From Candidatus Micrarchaeota archaeon (GTDB lineage: Archaea; Micrarchaeota; Micrarchaeia; Burarchaeales; JAKAKT01): a stretch of 43,940 nucleotides of DNA. The notes beneath the pieces are model-generated. The model worked only from the letters and a program-made list of their open reading frames with translations, did no database searches and had not been told where the DNA came from. The translations under genes and the position numbers were made by a program. The stretch spans positions 1 to 43,940 of the forward strand of contig CAZYPB010000003.1 in assembly GCA_964649265.1 (NCBI GenBank), in the 5' to 3' direction. Each line of letters opens with the position of its first letter. Within the stretch, counting starts at the first letter, position 1. Below are positions 42,793 to 43,940 of the stretch, piece by piece.

Positions 42793-43707
42793 ATGTTTGA
42801 TATTGTGCTCATCCTTTTTGTATTAATAAGCTTAGGTGTCATTGCATCCAAGAGCGGAATATTCTCCCCAGAAAACAGCAGGCATTTCTCAAGATATGTT
42901 TTTTATGTTTCAGTCCCGTGCCTTATTCTGCATCTTTTTGGGAGCACAAACGTAATTGCAAAAATAAAACCTGAGGTATTGGCAATAAATCTAATACCAA
43001 CTGTCCTCATTGTCCTTCTGTTTTATTTCATAAAGGTTGTATTCAAGCCAAACCCAGAGTTTCTTTGCATGTCTGTCCTCGCAGTTATAATGCCCAGCTC
43101 TGTTTTCGTTGGATTTCCAGTTGTGGAAGTGTTGTATGGGGAGGAGGGACTTGCTCTTGCAACAATAATAGGACCACTTCATCTCATATTTACAATGCTT
43201 GTGGGAATACCCCTGATAGAGGTTCTTTTGAGTCGGAGTAGAGGAGGATTAATAAAGAGCGTAAAAAAGATAGCAAAACATCCACTCATAATAGTAATTG
43301 TTTTGGGAGTTCTGTTAAACCTGTTTGATGTCCGGCTGCCTGATGTTTTCCTTGAGCCACTTGGAAATGTTGGGAGCAGCACAACTCCAGTTGCACTCTT
43401 TGCGATGGGACTTTTCATGGGGGGAATAAAATTAAACACTAAGAAACTGAAGAATGCATTCACTCTCTCGCTTCTTAGGCTTTCAATATACCCCGTTCTT
43501 ATACTTCTGCTATATCCATTCATACAAATTGCTCCAGCTTCACTTGCTGTTTCTGTTCTTCTTGCGATGATGCCAGTGGCAATATTCAGCTTTGTGCTTT
43601 CAATGGAGTACGGACTTGACTCTGAGGCAATGTCAATTGCAATTCTGATAACAACTTTACTTGTTCCACTGCCAATATACCTGGTTACCTCTGCATTTAG
43701 GTTTTAA
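42793..43707 (+). CDS. AEC (auxin efflux carrier) family transporter
   Basis: 304 aa, about 10 hydrophobic helices, composition and length typical of AEC/malonate-transporter-type permeases. Confidence 0.8.
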   Translation: MFDIVLILFVLISLGVIASKSGIFSPENSRHFSRYVFYVSVPCLILHLFGSTNVIAKIKPEVLAINLIPTVLIVLLFYFIKVVFKPNPEFLCMSVLAVIMPSSVFVGFPVVEVLYGEEGLALATIIGPLHLIFTMLVGIPLIEVLLSRSRGGLIKSVKKIAKHPLIIVIVLGVLLNLFDVRLPDVFLEPLGNVGSSTTPVALFAMGLFMGGIKLNTKKLKNAFTLSLLRLSIYPVLILLLYPFIQIAPASLAVSVLLAMMPVAIFSFVLSMEYGLDSEAMSIAILITTLLVPLPIYLVTSAFRF

Positions 43708-43716
43708 GAAAATAGA

Positions 43717-43846
43717 TGGACCCGAGGGGATTTTCAGAATTCCCGTTGCTTTCTTTGGGGAATCAAGTTTGAACCCCTGGCCTCCTGCATTTTGGAGACA
43801 TAGAAGTCTGCGCCAAGCAGGCACGCTACCACTGCGCCACGGGCCC
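43717..43846 (-). tRNA. tRNA-Ala (anticodon GGC) with two introns
   Basis: 130 nt. GGGCCCG/CGGGTCC acceptor with the G3:U70 Ala identity pair, A73, CCTGC/GCAGG anticodon stem, loop TT-GGC-G. 21-nt anticodon-loop intron (43790-43810) with perfect BHB (TTGG:CCAA central helix, AGAC/GTCT inner hairpin). 37-nt T-loop intron (about 43731-43767) between TTCAAA and T-CCCCT. Confidence 0.85.
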
Positions 43847-43862
43847 TTGTTGACTAGTATCT

Positions 43863-43940
43863 TTAGAGACTAGGAGATATAAACACTACGTTGTCTCCAC
43901 GAACCAGCATTGTGCCGAGCTTCCTTTTGCTCTCTCCATT
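43863..43940 (-). CDS. Sm-like (LSm/SmAP) protein, C-terminal fragment (gene continues beyond the window)
   Basis: Reading in from the window edge: NGESKRKLGTMLVRGDNVVFISPSL*. Matches the Sm2 motif end (..LG.vLIRGDNvv.IsP). Confidence 0.6.
   Translation of the reverse strand, partial: NGESKRKLGTMLVRGDNVVFISPSL

Noticed and set aside
1-43940. Looked for transposases, integrases, CRISPR repeats, cas genes, toxin-antitoxin pairs or known defence-system signatures
   Set aside because: None recognised. No inverted-repeat-bounded element and no repeat-spacer array. The tRNA genes are not flanked by integrase-like ORFs.

Overview
This is an archaeal chromosomal window, moderately AT-rich, with no rRNA operon, CRISPR array or recognisable mobile element. 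Archaea-specific genes include aIF6, L31e, L39e, LX, S19e, Rpp21, Pus10, Taw1, Pth2, prefoldin alpha, archaellin, SRP54 and FtsY. A long co-directional minus-strand array (about 21.8-30.4 kb) runs tRNA-Ile, Rpp21, S19e, PDCD5-like, L39e, L31e, aIF6, tRNA-binding protein, LX, PfdA, FtsY, YjbQ, NadK, ThiC. Other blocks are an isoprenoid-type cluster (aminotransferase, two geranylgeranyl-reductase-like flavoproteins, an unknown protein, a UbiA prenyltransferase), three single-domain KaiC/RecA-like ATPases, several lipoproteins and Cys-rich surface proteins, and a giant membrane protein with a coiled-coil partner. RNA genes not implied by the ORF track: an RNase P RNA, a C/D box sRNA, and three tRNA genes. 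Each tRNA carries two introns: one in the anticodon loop and a related intron at T-loop position 59/60. Two small ribosomal protein genes (LX, L39e) fall below the ORF cutoff. Two GC-rich structured islands are candidate unclassified ncRNAs. Four neighbouring membrane or secreted-protein genes are broken by homopolymer frameshifts or an in-frame TGA. The gene content and surface-protein load suggest a small-genome (DPANN-like) archaeon, but that is inference only.
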